This document shows, piece by piece, positions 29,995 to 40,123 of a stretch of 64,000 bases of DNA. Where the stretch lies: NCBI GenBank assembly GCA_963639875.1, contig CAVHWP010000004.1:33168-97167 (forward strand). The letters run 5' to 3'. The stretch is from Bacteroidaceae bacterium. Its GTDB lineage: Bacteria > Bacillota > Clostridia > Lachnospirales > Lachnospiraceae. The position numbers and the translations under genes are program-made. The notes below the pieces were generated by a model. That model ran no database searches, was not told the DNA's origin, and worked only from the letters and a program-made list of their open reading frames with translations. How positions within the stretch are numbered: position 1 is the first letter of the stretch; each line of letters starts with the position of its first letter.

Positions 29995-30510
29995 TTGCAG
30001 ACAGAGGCAAAAATAAGCCCGGAGGAGCTGCTTGCGGAGGGCAGAACCATTCAAATAAAGCCTCAGGGTTACAGTATGTATCCATTATTTGTTCCGGGCA
30101 GGGACAGTGCAGTGATAGCACCGCCGGAGAAATGCGGCGGGCAAAGTGCAAATCTACGGTACCGCAAGGGGGATGTGGTGCTATACCGGGGAGAAGGACA
30201 GAAGCTGATTTTACATCGGATATGCCGTCTGAAAAAAGAGAAAAACGGAAGCACGGCTTATTATATGGCGGGAGATAATCAGAGCAGGCTGGAGGGTCCT
30301 ATTTATCAGGAACAGATAAAGGGAGTGCTTGTGGCAGTTATCCGGAATGGAAAAACATTTACCGTAAACAATCTGATTTACAGGGCGGTTTTTACTGTGT
30401 GGCGCTGGCTGCGGCCTGTCCGCCCACAGATAGCGGGAACGGCAGCAAAAATAAAAAGGAGCAGAATAAAAACAGATGCAGGGGATGAATATGGGAAACG
30501 TACAGAGTGA
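29995..30510 (+). CDS. S24/S26 family serine peptidase-like protein
   Basis: GYSMYP, KGDVVLY, LHRI, GDN motifs. Confidence 0.8.
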   Translation: MQTEAKISPEELLAEGRTIQIKPQGYSMYPLFVPGRDSAVIAPPEKCGGQSANLRYRKGDVVLYRGEGQKLILHRICRLKKEKNGSTAYYMAGDNQSRLEGPIYQEQIKGVLVAVIRNGKTFTVNNLIYRAVFTVWRWLRPVRPQIAGTAAKIKRSRIKTDAGDEYGKRTE

Positions 30511-30945
30511 GGACAACAAAAAATGGCAGATAAGGTGGGAAATGGAGGCAAAAGAGGCGGATTTTGAAACCAAAGTGTCTGGGTATACCTGATTTTGTTC
30601 ATCGTGCTGTTGGTGCGCACCAGGGTGCAGATATCGGGAGAAAACATGGTAAAACAGTTAATTCCCGGCTTTTCCATGCAGGATTTTCTGCAAAATCTGG
30701 AGTACCAGTTGAAGAATATTCATCTGACGGACAAAGCGGAGGCTGTGCAGCCCTTTGCCCATTGTCCGCTGCAGGGAATTGTGGAGGATTACCGGGATGT
30801 GGTGGACTGCATTTTGTGTAATCTGACCTTTACTTCGGCGGCGCGGACGACGGGGGTACGGGTGGATGTAACGGTAAAAATGAGACTTTCCTGTGTCAAT
30901 ACCGCGAAAGACGATATCGACCGTTACCTTTTCCATGACGGATGA
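30491..30945 (+). pseudogene. Probable fragmented hypothetical gene
   Basis: Short ATG-started frame at 30491 stops at about 30592; a different frame continues for 116 aa (30595..30945); no recognisable family. Confidence 0.3.
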
Positions 30946-31048
30946 AATAGGGGAGTAGGGATACGAATATCAGTTTGACAATCCCACAGAACCTTTTATA
31001 ATGGTAGTTAATGAATTTCAGGAAACAAATGGATTGGAGGAATTTAAA

Positions 31049-31546
31049 ATGGCATTTTGTTCAAAATGTGGCGCACCGATTAATGGAGAAAAATTCTGCC
31101 CCGCATGCGGAGCGCAACAGCAGTACCAGCAGACAGGAGCCCCTCAGGGAGGAGCACAGAACAGCTTTGACAAATTTATGGATACACCCAATACCACGGG
31201 GGAATTTGACCCCAACGATATTTCCCAGAACAAGGCAATGGCAGTTCTTTCCTATCTTGCCATTCTGGTACTCATTCCCATTCTGGCAGCACCGGAATCC
31301 AAGTTTGCCAGATACCATGCCAATCAGGGACTGACCCTGTTTATTACGGAGATTGCATATGTTATTGTGGAGTCCGTACTGGGTCTTATCTTCGGACTGA
31401 TTCCCGTTGTGGGCGGCATCTTAAACGGCATCCTGGGTCTGGTACATATCGTATTTCTGGTATGGGCAGTACTTGGTATCATCAATGCGGCAAACGGCGA
31501 AGCCAAGGAGCTTCCGTTAATCGGCAAGTTTAAGCTTCTGAAATAA
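31049..31546 (+). CDS. Zinc-ribbon plus DUF4870-like membrane protein
   Basis: FCSKCG...FCPACG; NKAMAVLSY...ARYHANQG...ELPLIG. Confidence 0.8.
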   Translation: MAFCSKCGAPINGEKFCPACGAQQQYQQTGAPQGGAQNSFDKFMDTPNTTGEFDPNDISQNKAMAVLSYLAILVLIPILAAPESKFARYHANQGLTLFITEIAYVIVESVLGLIFGLIPVVGGILNGILGLVHIVFLVWAVLGIINAANGEAKELPLIGKFKLLK

Positions 31547-31567
31547 TCAGGTTTTGCGGTCTCCAAA

Positions 31568-34291
31568 TTACACACTCCGGAACGCCTTCGCGCGGAGCCT
31601 TGCGTGCCAGTAAAGAAATTCGTGGGCAAGCAGGGGCATGGCGGCAAGCAGAAGCAGCATTTTCCAGTCGGAAAAGCTTAAAGGAACGGTGCCGAATGCC
31701 TTGATAAAGTAAGGAACCGTGGTAACAAGAGCCTGCAGAGCGATACCTAAAACCACGGCAAGCATCATCAGTTTATTGGTAAAGTGCTTCATGCGAAACA
31801 GGGAGCAGTCAACATCCCGCATGCCGATGGCATGAAAAAGCTGGGACATGCCGAGAACGGTAAACGCATAGGTCTGGGAGCGGGTCAGAATATCCGGCAG
31901 CAAAAGAAGCTCGCGGATATGGGACGGCGTAATGGCAATGCCGCTCGCCCTGAGGGTCTGGATAGGCAGATAAAGGAAAGCACTGATGCTGATAAAACCA
32001 ATCAGCAGACCGTAAAAGACCGTGCAGGAAAGTCCGCCGTCCGCAAAGAGATTTTCGTCCTTGGGACGGGGAGGGCGTTTCATAAAGTGGGAAGTATCGC
32101 TGCAGTCCACACCTAAGGAAAGGGCGGGCAGAGAGTCCGTAATCAGATTTATCCATAAAATATGGCTGGGCTTTAACGGAGAGGCAAAACCGAACAGAAT
32201 AGCCGTCAGCATGGTAATGATTTCCCCGAAATTGGAGGAAAGTAAAAAGAGGACGGACTTTTTGATATTGGCATAAATGCTTCTGCCCTGTTCGATTGCC
32301 TTTACGATGGTGGCAAAATTATCATCGGTGAGAATGATGTCGGACGCATTTTTTGCCACATCCGTTCCGGCTTTTCCCATGGCAATTCCCACATCTGCGG
32401 ATTTTAAGGACGGGGCGTCGTTGACGCCGTCCCCGGTCATGGCAACCACATTGCCGGTTTCTTTTAAGGCTTTCACAATCTTGGTCTTGTGGGAAGGAGA
32501 AACCTGGGCAAAGACACGGATGTTTCGGACGGCTTTCTTGAATTCCGCATCCGGCAGATGGTCCAACCGGCTTCCGGTCATGCACTGGCTCATGGAGTCG
32601 GCAATGGAAAGCTCACCGGCAATGGCGCAGGCGGTATCCACTCTGTCTCCGGTAATCATAACCACTTTCACACCGGCTTCCTGACAGCTTGCCACCGCTT
32701 CGGCAACACCCGGGCGGATGGGGTCCTTCATGCCGGCAAGACCGATAAAAATGAGTTCCTTTTCTGTGGCTTTCCGGTCGCCCGTCCGCATGGCAAGAGC
32801 CAGTACACGCAGAGCCCGGGAGGACATTTCCTTTATGGCATTCTGGATGCTTTGTTTGTGGGAGGGCGTAAACGGCACCACCTTGCCGTCTAAGCGGATG
32901 TGGGTGCAGCGTTTTAAGATTTCATCGGGAGAGCCTTTGGTATAGGAAACGGAACTGCTTCCCATGCGGTGCAGGGTGGTCATCATTTTCCGGTCGGAGT
33001 CAAAAGGAATTTCGTCCATGCGGGGCAGGCGGGTTTCCAGAACCGGACGGTAGACATGCAGACCGGCAGCCATATCCAGAAGGGCTAATTCCGTAGGGTC
33101 GCCGATGCGGACGGAGGCATCATTTTGGACGGCAGCACTGCTTGCAACAGCCTGTGTACGGGCAGAAGATGCAGTGGGTTTCCGAAAAAGGACAGGACCA
33201 CCTTCGGCTGCACGAAGTTCCTTGGAGGCGGAGGAGCCGGTGCGGGAGAAAGAGCCTGCCGGGGAGTCCCCGCCCAGAGAGGCATCGTTACAGAGGGCAA
33301 AGCCTTCCACAAAGGAACGGTGTGCCTCCCGGGACAGTTCCTCCGGCGGCAGCAGTCTGCCGTCCGTGTAACAGGCGGTGACGGACATTTTATTCTGGGT
33401 CAGCGTACCGGTTTTGTCGGAACAGACCACACTGACGCAGCCCAGGGTTTCCACGCTGGGCAGTTTTTTCACAATGGTATTGACCTTTACCATGCGGGAC
33501 ACACTTAAGGCAAGCACCATGGTGACGATGGCAGCCAGACCTTCCGGTACGGCGGCAACGGCAAGGGAAATGGCGGTGATTAACATTTCCATGACATTGC
33601 GGTGCTGGATAATGGCAATGAGAAACAGCAGGGCGCACAGAGCAATGGAGAGTATGCTCAGAAGCTTTCCCAGGTCGGAGAGGCGCTTCTGGAGAGGCGT
33701 GCTTTCCGCCGGAGCCTCGTTTATGAGAGAAGCGATTTTCCCGATTTCCGTATCCATGCCGATGGCGGTGACGGTGCCTTTTCCTCTGCCGTAGGTGACA
33801 TTGGTGGAAAGATAGGCACGGTTATGGGTGTGGGTATCCTTTTCCACCGGAAGGGACTCTCCGGTGAGAGCCGACTCTTCTATTTTCAGACAGTTTGACT
33901 CGGTGATAAGCAGGTCGGCGGGAACCTGTCTGCCGGCATCCAAAAGGACTTCATCGCCGGGGATAAGGTCGGCAGCGGGGATTTCCGTAGTGTTTCCGTC
34001 CTTTATAAGAAGCGCTTTGGGGCTGCTCATTTCCTTCAGGGCATGGAGCGCCCGCTGGGCTTTTCCTTCCTGAATGACACCGACGAGCGCATTGACTAAA
34101 ATGACGGAAAGAATAATCAGGGTATCGCTGTATTCCCCGAGCAGCATGGAAATGGAAGCGGCGACGAACAAAATAAAAATCAGAGGATCGTTCAGTTGGG
34201 CTAAAAAGCGCTGCAGGGCGTTTTTTTCGGGAGCCTCTTTTAAGACGTTGTGCCCGCGTTCGGTTTCCTGACTGGATAATGGCTGGTTCAT
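31568..34291 (-). CDS. Cation (Ca2+-type) P-type ATPase
   Basis: TGES, PEGL, DKTGTLT, GDGVNDAP motifs. Confidence 0.95.
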   Translation of the reverse strand: MNQPLSSQETERGHNVLKEAPEKNALQRFLAQLNDPLIFILFVAASISMLLGEYSDTLIILSVILVNALVGVIQEGKAQRALHALKEMSSPKALLIKDGNTTEIPAADLIPGDEVLLDAGRQVPADLLITESNCLKIEESALTGESLPVEKDTHTHNRAYLSTNVTYGRGKGTVTAIGMDTEIGKIASLINEAPAESTPLQKRLSDLGKLLSILSIALCALLFLIAIIQHRNVMEMLITAISLAVAAVPEGLAAIVTMVLALSVSRMVKVNTIVKKLPSVETLGCVSVVCSDKTGTLTQNKMSVTACYTDGRLLPPEELSREAHRSFVEGFALCNDASLGGDSPAGSFSRTGSSASKELRAAEGGPVLFRKPTASSARTQAVASSAAVQNDASVRIGDPTELALLDMAAGLHVYRPVLETRLPRMDEIPFDSDRKMMTTLHRMGSSSVSYTKGSPDEILKRCTHIRLDGKVVPFTPSHKQSIQNAIKEMSSRALRVLALAMRTGDRKATEKELIFIGLAGMKDPIRPGVAEAVASCQEAGVKVVMITGDRVDTACAIAGELSIADSMSQCMTGSRLDHLPDAEFKKAVRNIRVFAQVSPSHKTKIVKALKETGNVVAMTGDGVNDAPSLKSADVGIAMGKAGTDVAKNASDIILTDDNFATIVKAIEQGRSIYANIKKSVLFLLSSNFGEIITMLTAILFGFASPLKPSHILWINLITDSLPALSLGVDCSDTSHFMKRPPRPKDENLFADGGLSCTVFYGLLIGFISISAFLYLPIQTLRASGIAITPSHIRELLLLPDILTRSQTYAFTVLGMSQLFHAIGMRDVDCSLFRMKHFTNKLMMLAVVLGIALQALVTTVPYFIKAFGTVPLSFSDWKMLLLLAAMPLLAHEFLYWHARLRAKAFRSV

Positions 34292-34381
34292 AAAAAAATC
34301 CCCCTGTTTCATACTTGAATTAGACAACCTGTGCCTAAAAGCAAGATATGAGACAGGGGGACAAAATATACTTGTCGAAAT

Positions 34382-34525
34382 TTATTTCATAATGGGAATT
34401 TTCTTCACAATGCGACGGTATATTTTCCAGATAATGACTGCGGGGAAACTGATGGTCAGGTACAGGGTCACAAGACCGCCGAAACCGCCCGCAACAATAA
34501 CAAACGCAAGAAGAAAAGGATTCAT
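34382..34525 (-). CDS. 47-aa small membrane protein
   Basis: RBS AGGAGG; MNPFLLAFVIVAGGFGG... hydrophobic segment with basic tail. Confidence 0.6.
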   Translation of the reverse strand: MNPFLLAFVIVAGGFGGLVTLYLTISFPAVIIWKIYRRIVKKIPIMK

Positions 34526-34772
34526 AAGAAAGACCTCCTGATATGTAATATATAGTATGGTATCACTTACCAAAGAAAAGATAGCACATCCTGCCCTTTC
34601 AAAAAACGGATGTTAAGAGGAATTAACGGAAGCAGGCAAAATCTTAACGCGGTTTTAACAGCATTTTTTGCGGACATTAAAGCAAGAATGCGTGTTGCAT
34701 AAATGTCTTTTTCCCGATATACTTGAACTTATAACAGACAGAGGCTTGAGCCTTAAAAAATAAAAAGGGGCA

Positions 34773-36005
34773 GTGAATATGAATTTTACACAGGCACAGG
34801 AAAAGTTAAAAAGCTACGGACAGGAACAGGTTCTTAAGTACTTTGATGAGTTGAATGATGCGGAAAAGGAAGAACTCTTAAACCAGATAGCCGAAACGGA
34901 TTTTTCCGTTACCGAAATGTGCACACATAAAGAAAAGGCAGCCGAAAGAGGCGTGATTACACCCTTAAAGGCAATGGAGCTGCCGGAAATCGAGGCAGAA
35001 AAAGAGTCTTACCGGAAGACCGGACTGGAAGCTATTAAGGCAGGAAAAGTAGGCGCGGTTCTTTTGGCGGGCGGCATGGGCACCAGACTGGGCTCCGATG
35101 CACCCAAGGGCATGTATAACATCGGCATTACCAAGGATGTTTATATTTTTGAAAGGTTAATCTGCAACCTGATGAAGGTGGTGGAGGAGGCAGGCAGCTA
35201 CGTGCCCCTGTTTGTCATGACCAGCGAAAAAAATCATGAGGCAACCGTGGGATTTTTCAAGGAACACGATTTCTTCGGCTACGATAAGACAAATGTATTT
35301 TTCTTTAAGCAGGATATGGCTCCGGCAGCGGACTACGAGGGAAAGATTTACATGGAAAGCAAATCCAGAATGTCCACTTCCCCCAACGGAAACGGCGGCT
35401 GGTACGTTTCCCTCTGCCATGCGGGACTCCGGGATGTCATTCTCGAAAAGGGCATTGAATGGCTGAACGTGTTTGCCGTGGACAATGTGCTGCAGCAGAT
35501 TGCCGACCCCGTTTTTGTAGGCGCCGTTATCCAAAAGGACTGTGCCGTAGGCTCCAAGGTAGTGCGCAAGAACGCACCGGATGAAAAGGTGGGCGTTATG
35601 TGCTTAGAGGACGGCAGACCCTCCATCGTGGAATATTATGAGCTGTCGGAAAAGATGCGGGACGCAAAGGATGAAAAGGGCGACCCGGCGTACAACTTCG
35701 GCGTTATCTTAAACTACCTGTTTAAGGAAAGCGAGCTGCACAAAATCATGAACCGCAAGCTTCCCCTGCATATTGTGGAGAAGAAAATTCCCTACTTAAA
35801 CGAGGCGGGAGAACTGGTAAATCCCGAAGCGCCCAACGGCTATAAATTTGAGCAGCTTGTACTGGATATGATTCATGAAATGGAAAGCTGTCTGCCCTTT
35901 GAAGTGGTCCGGGAAAAGGAATTTGCCCCCATTAAGAACAAAACCGGTGTGGATTCTGTGGAAAGTGCACGGGAACTCTTAAAAAAGAACGGTATAATTC
36001 TATAA
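34773..36005 (+). CDS. UDPGP type 1 family (UDP-N-acetylhexosamine/UDP-sugar pyrophosphorylase)
   Basis: LLAGGMGTRLG..PKG, SPNGNGG, VDN, IVEYYE, HIVEKKIPY, KFEQ, EFAPIKN. Confidence 0.88.
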   Translation: MNMNFTQAQEKLKSYGQEQVLKYFDELNDAEKEELLNQIAETDFSVTEMCTHKEKAAERGVITPLKAMELPEIEAEKESYRKTGLEAIKAGKVGAVLLAGGMGTRLGSDAPKGMYNIGITKDVYIFERLICNLMKVVEEAGSYVPLFVMTSEKNHEATVGFFKEHDFFGYDKTNVFFFKQDMAPAADYEGKIYMESKSRMSTSPNGNGGWYVSLCHAGLRDVILEKGIEWLNVFAVDNVLQQIADPVFVGAVIQKDCAVGSKVVRKNAPDEKVGVMCLEDGRPSIVEYYELSEKMRDAKDEKGDPAYNFGVILNYLFKESELHKIMNRKLPLHIVEKKIPYLNEAGELVNPEAPNGYKFEQLVLDMIHEMESCLPFEVVREKEFAPIKNKTGVDSVESARELLKKNGIIL

Positions 36006-36126
36006 AATTTAAAGTTGTTAAGGCGTGTAAAATCAGCTACACTTAATGTATACAAAACAAGTATGATTTCACACGCACCCTTGTCGGTACCGGGGATTTG
36101 CAGGTGAGGAAAGGCAGGAATTTACT

Positions 36127-37137
36127 ATGGCAATTTTGGTAACAGGCGGCGCCGGTTATATCGGCAGCCATACCGTAATAGAATTACAGAATGCAGGCTA
36201 TGACGTAGTGGTTATGGATAACCTGAGCAATTCCAGCGAAGTGGCACTGGAAAGAGTACAGGAGATTACCGGAAAGCCCCTTACTTTTTATAAGGCAGAC
36301 ATTCTGGACAGAGAAGCAACGGAAGAAATTTTCTCCAAAGAAAAGATTGAAGCGGTCATTCACTTCGCAGGCTTAAAGGCAGTCGGAGAGTCCGTACAGA
36401 AGCCCTGGGAATACTACAACAACAATATCACGGGCACCCTGATTTTACTGGATGTGATGAGAAAACACAATGTAAAGAACATCATTTTCTCCTCCTCCGC
36501 AACCGTTTACGGCGAGCCGGAAAAAGTACCCGTTACGGAAGAAACTCCGAAAGGAAGCTGCACCAACCCTTACGGCTGGACGAAGTCCATGCTGGAGCAG
36601 ATTTTAACCGATATCCAGAAAGCGGACCCCGCATGGAATGTCATCCTGCTCCGTTACTTTAACCCCATCGGTGCGCACAAGAGCGGAAAGATTGGTGAAA
36701 ATCCCAACGGCATTCCCAACAATCTGATGCCTTATATTACCCAGGTAGCGGTTGGAAAGCTGCCGAAGTTAGGCGTGTTCGGCAACGATTATCCCACGCC
36801 GGACGGCACCTGCATCCGCGACTACATTCATGTACTCGACCTGGCAACCGGCCATGTAAAGGCGCTGGAAAGACTGAAAAAAAATGCCGGCCTCGATATT
36901 TACAATCTGGGAACCGGCATTGGATACAGTGTTCTGGATGTAATTCATAATTTTGAAGCAGCCACGGGCATTACCATTCCCTTTGAATTCAAGCCCAGAC
37001 GTGCGGGCGATATTCCGGTAAACTATTCCAATGCCGATAAGGCTTGGAAGGAACTGGGCTGGAAAGCACAGTACGGAATTAAGGAAATGTGCGAGGACTC
37101 CTGGAGATGGCAGAGCAGCAACCCCAATGGTTATTAA
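36127..37137 (+). CDS. galE: UDP-glucose 4-epimerase
   Basis: [43 protein letters not shown]. Confidence 0.95.
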   Translation: MAILVTGGAGYIGSHTVIELQNAGYDVVVMDNLSNSSEVALERVQEITGKPLTFYKADILDREATEEIFSKEKIEAVIHFAGLKAVGESVQKPWEYYNNNITGTLILLDVMRKHNVKNIIFSSSATVYGEPEKVPVTEETPKGSCTNPYGWTKSMLEQILTDIQKADPAWNVILLRYFNPIGAHKSGKIGENPNGIPNNLMPYITQVAVGKLPKLGVFGNDYPTPDGTCIRDYIHVLDLATGHVKALERLKKNAGLDIYNLGTGIGYSVLDVIHNFEAATGITIPFEFKPRRAGDIPVNYSNADKAWKELGWKAQYGIKEMCEDSWRWQSSNPNGY

Positions 37138-37143
37138 GGGGAA

Positions 37144-38802
37144 TTACTTTTCCGTGGGGAATGAAACCGTAATGGTGGTTCCCTTTCCCAAGGTGCTCTC
37201 TAAGGAAATGCTTCCTTTTAAGTAGGCTACGGCATGCTTTACAATGGAAAGACCGAGGCCGGTGCCGCCGCTTTCACGGGAGTGGCTTTTGTCCACCCGG
37301 TAGAAGCGCTCGAATACGCGGGACTGGTCGGCGGGAGCAATTCCCACACCGTTGTCGCTGACGGCAACCTGTACTTTGCCACCGGCAGTTTTGACATTTA
37401 CTTTGACAAAGCCGCCTTCTTTGTTGTACTTTACGGCATTGTCGCACAGATTATAAATGATATCATAGAGGAGCTTGTGAACGCTTGTGAGCGGGGCAGG
37501 CTCCCCTTCTATTGTCAGGGAAATATTGCGGCTTTCCGCAATGGATCCCACCATTTCCAGCGCCTCTTTCGCAACGGAGAGGGCGTCCACATTTTCCCAG
37601 TTCATTTCCGTATTTTCATCAAGCTGGGACAGGCGGATGATGTCGCTGACCAAGGACACCAGTCGTGCCGCATCCGTCTTGATATGACCGATAAAACGGG
37701 GCATATCCTCCGGTTTCACAAGACCGCTTTCGATTAAGTCGGCACTGCCGATAATGGATTGGAGCGGAGTTTTCAGTTCGTGGGAAACATTGGCGGTAAA
37801 CTCTCTGCGGTTCTGTTCCGCCTGTATCTTTTCGGTATTGTCGATGGCGAGTAAAAGCACACCGATAACCTCGTCCTTTTCCACAATCTTGTTGATGCAC
37901 AAATCGTAATTTCTGCCGTTCTTTTCGTATTCTAATTCCTGCTTCTTGCCGGACAGGGTTTCCTTGATGGCGCGGCTGATTTCGGGTGTGCGGTCTATGG
38001 TAAGAAAATCTTTGCCGATGCTGTCTTCTTCGGCTTCAAAAATCTTTCGGGCAGCGGTATTCAGGCTGACTACCACACCGTCCTTATTTAAGACGATTAA
38101 GCCTTCGCTCATGTTGGAAGTAATGGCGTTAAATTCGTTCTGGCTCCGGGAAAGTTCATCCATCTGCAGGGCAATCTGTTTATTCTGTTGTGCCATATGG
38201 CGGAGAAGCGGGCTCAATTCCTCGTACACATCATTGGATAGTGGGTCGTTCAAATCCAGATTGTTTAAGGGCTTTACCAGGTTCCGGGAAGCGCGTTTTG
38301 CCAGGAAAACGGAAAGCAGGATGGCAAGGAACGCAATGACCAAAAGCGGCTGCAGCATACCAAGCAGGAGAGAAACAATGGTTACCTGACTGGTGGAAAT
38401 ACGGAGCACCTTGTCATCGGAGAGCTTCTCTGCAAAATAATAGGTCTGCTCCGTCAGGGTGCGGGAATAGCGGTGGGACTCTCCGTAGCCGGAGAGGAAA
38501 GCCTCCTGAAATTCCCTTCTGTCGCTGTGGTTTTCCATGGCAGCGGCATCTGCATTGGTATCGTAAAGGACGGTGCCATCCGTATCAATGAGAGTAAGGC
38601 GGTATTCGCCACATTCCACGTTTTTCAGATATTCGATACCCTCGTCCTCCACGGCGGTCGAGGCAAAGCTTAACTGGGTTTTCAACTGGGATTTCCTTAA
38701 AGAGGTGAAATAATCGTTTAAGGAAGTCAGTATGACAAGGTAGCAGGCAAGGAGCACCGTGCAGGCTACCAAAAGGATGGAATGAAATATTTTCTTTGTC
38801 AT
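37144..38802 (-). CDS. phoR: PhoR-like sensor histidine kinase
   Basis: NVSHELKTPL, NAVKYN, DNGVGI, GGTGLGL; in the pst operon. Confidence 0.85.
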   Translation of the reverse strand: MTKKIFHSILLVACTVLLACYLVILTSLNDYFTSLRKSQLKTQLSFASTAVEDEGIEYLKNVECGEYRLTLIDTDGTVLYDTNADAAAMENHSDRREFQEAFLSGYGESHRYSRTLTEQTYYFAEKLSDDKVLRISTSQVTIVSLLLGMLQPLLVIAFLAILLSVFLAKRASRNLVKPLNNLDLNDPLSNDVYEELSPLLRHMAQQNKQIALQMDELSRSQNEFNAITSNMSEGLIVLNKDGVVVSLNTAARKIFEAEEDSIGKDFLTIDRTPEISRAIKETLSGKKQELEYEKNGRNYDLCINKIVEKDEVIGVLLLAIDNTEKIQAEQNRREFTANVSHELKTPLQSIIGSADLIESGLVKPEDMPRFIGHIKTDAARLVSLVSDIIRLSQLDENTEMNWENVDALSVAKEALEMVGSIAESRNISLTIEGEPAPLTSVHKLLYDIIYNLCDNAVKYNKEGGFVKVNVKTAGGKVQVAVSDNGVGIAPADQSRVFERFYRVDKSHSRESGGTGLGLSIVKHAVAYLKGSISLESTLGKGTTITVSFPTEK

Positions 38803-39473
38803 AAAGATGCCTCCATTCTGTATCCGACACTGATTACGGTTTTAATCAGTGAGCCGTATTTTCCGAGTTTTTTTCGTAAGGTTTTGATGTGCATATCCAC
38901 GGTACGGGTTTCGCCGTAGTAGTCCACGCCCCATACGGCATTCAGCAGTTTTTCACGGGAGAAAACCACGCCGATGTGGGATAAAAACAGGTGCAGCAGT
39001 TCAAATTCCTTGTAGGTGAGGGCAACCGTTTCGCCGTCCACGGTTACCACGCGGTTGTCAACCTGCATGGAAATGCCTGACAGGGAAAGCGTCTGGGTGG
39101 GCACGGTATCCTCACAGCGCCGAAGAACGGCTTTCACACGGGAAACCAGTTCCATAACGCCGAAGGGCTTTACCAGATAATCGTCGGCACCTAAGTCCAG
39201 ACTCTGGATTTTGTCGTATTCCATGCCCTTGGCGGTTGCCATGATAACGGGAATTTTCTGCGTTTCCGGCATGGTGCGAATTCTTTTCAACACTTCCACG
39301 CCGTCTAATTCCGGCATCATGATATCCAGGATAATAAGCTGCGGTTTTTCCTCGGAAAGGGCATGCAGCATGGAAACTCCTTCCGCAAAGCCCTTTGCTT
39401 CAAATCCTGTGGCATTTAAGGTATACACTTCAATGTCTCTGATGGCACTGTCGTCGTCCACACACCAAATCAT
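38799..39473 (-). CDS. PhoB/PhoP-like OmpR-family response regulator
   Basis: LDIMMP, GADDYLVKPF, RTVDMHIKTLRKKL. Confidence 0.9.
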   Translation of the reverse strand: MIWCVDDDSAIRDIEVYTLNATGFEAKGFAEGVSMLHALSEEKPQLIILDIMMPELDGVEVLKRIRTMPETQKIPVIMATAKGMEYDKIQSLDLGADDYLVKPFGVMELVSRVKAVLRRCEDTVPTQTLSLSGISMQVDNRVVTVDGETVALTYKEFELLHLFLSHIGVVFSREKLLNAVWGVDYYGETRTVDMHIKTLRKKLGKYGSLIKTVISVGYRMEASL

Positions 39474-40123
39474 AATTCTGCTTCTCCTTTATGCACACCG
39501 GTGACGGAGAACTGCACCCATTCGGCAATGTTTACCGCATGGTCGCCGATTCGTTCAAAATACTTGGCAATCATCAGTAAATCCATGGCGTATTCCCCGT
39601 CAGCCGTGTTCTGGCTAATCATATCAATCAAGAAATTCTTGGTCTTGGAAAAATCGTCGTCCACAATATCGTCATCCACGATGACCTTCTGGGCAAGCAA
39701 CAGGTCCTGCTTTACATAGGCATCGATACTGTCCGTTACCATCTGGATGGTGGATTTCGCCATATGCTGGATGTAGGAGCATTCCTCGCCGGTTCTGCCG
39801 TTTAAGAATGTAATGATGTCGGCAATGTCGGCTGCCTGCACACCGATTCTGTCCATGTCTGTAATCATTTTAAGCGCTGCGGAGATTTGACGCAAGTCCC
39901 TTGCTACCGGTTGCTGCTGTAAAAGCATTTTTAAGCAGATGGATTCGATGCTCCGCTCCATATGGTCGATTTCTTCGGTAATGGGAATGACCTTTTTGCA
40001 TTTTTCGGGCTTTCCCTCCATCAGTGCCAGTGCGGATAAAGAAATGGATTCCTGGCACAGAGAGCCCATTTCGATAAGATTTTTGTTTAACAGCTTTAAC
40101 TGTTCGTCGAATTTGTTGCGCAT
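39470..40123 (-). CDS. phoU: Phosphate signalling protein PhoU
   Basis: QQPVARDLR, ERIGDHAVNIAE. Confidence 0.95.
   Translation of the reverse strand: MRNKFDEQLKLLNKNLIEMGSLCQESISLSALALMEGKPEKCKKVIPITEEIDHMERSIESICLKMLLQQQPVARDLRQISAALKMITDMDRIGVQAADIADIITFLNGRTGEECSYIQHMAKSTIQMVTDSIDAYVKQDLLLAQKVIVDDDIVDDDFSKTKNFLIDMISQNTADGEYAMDLLMIAKYFERIGDHAVNIAEWVQFSVTGVHKGEAEL

Noticed and set aside
22115..30510. Classical lasso peptide cluster
   Set aside because: No asparagine-synthetase-like cyclase or transglutaminase-like B2 protease, and the candidate substrate is far longer than a lasso precursor
33114..33289. Intein in the P-type ATPase
   Set aside because: Too short and lacks the C-terminal His-Asn plus Cys/Ser/Thr junction
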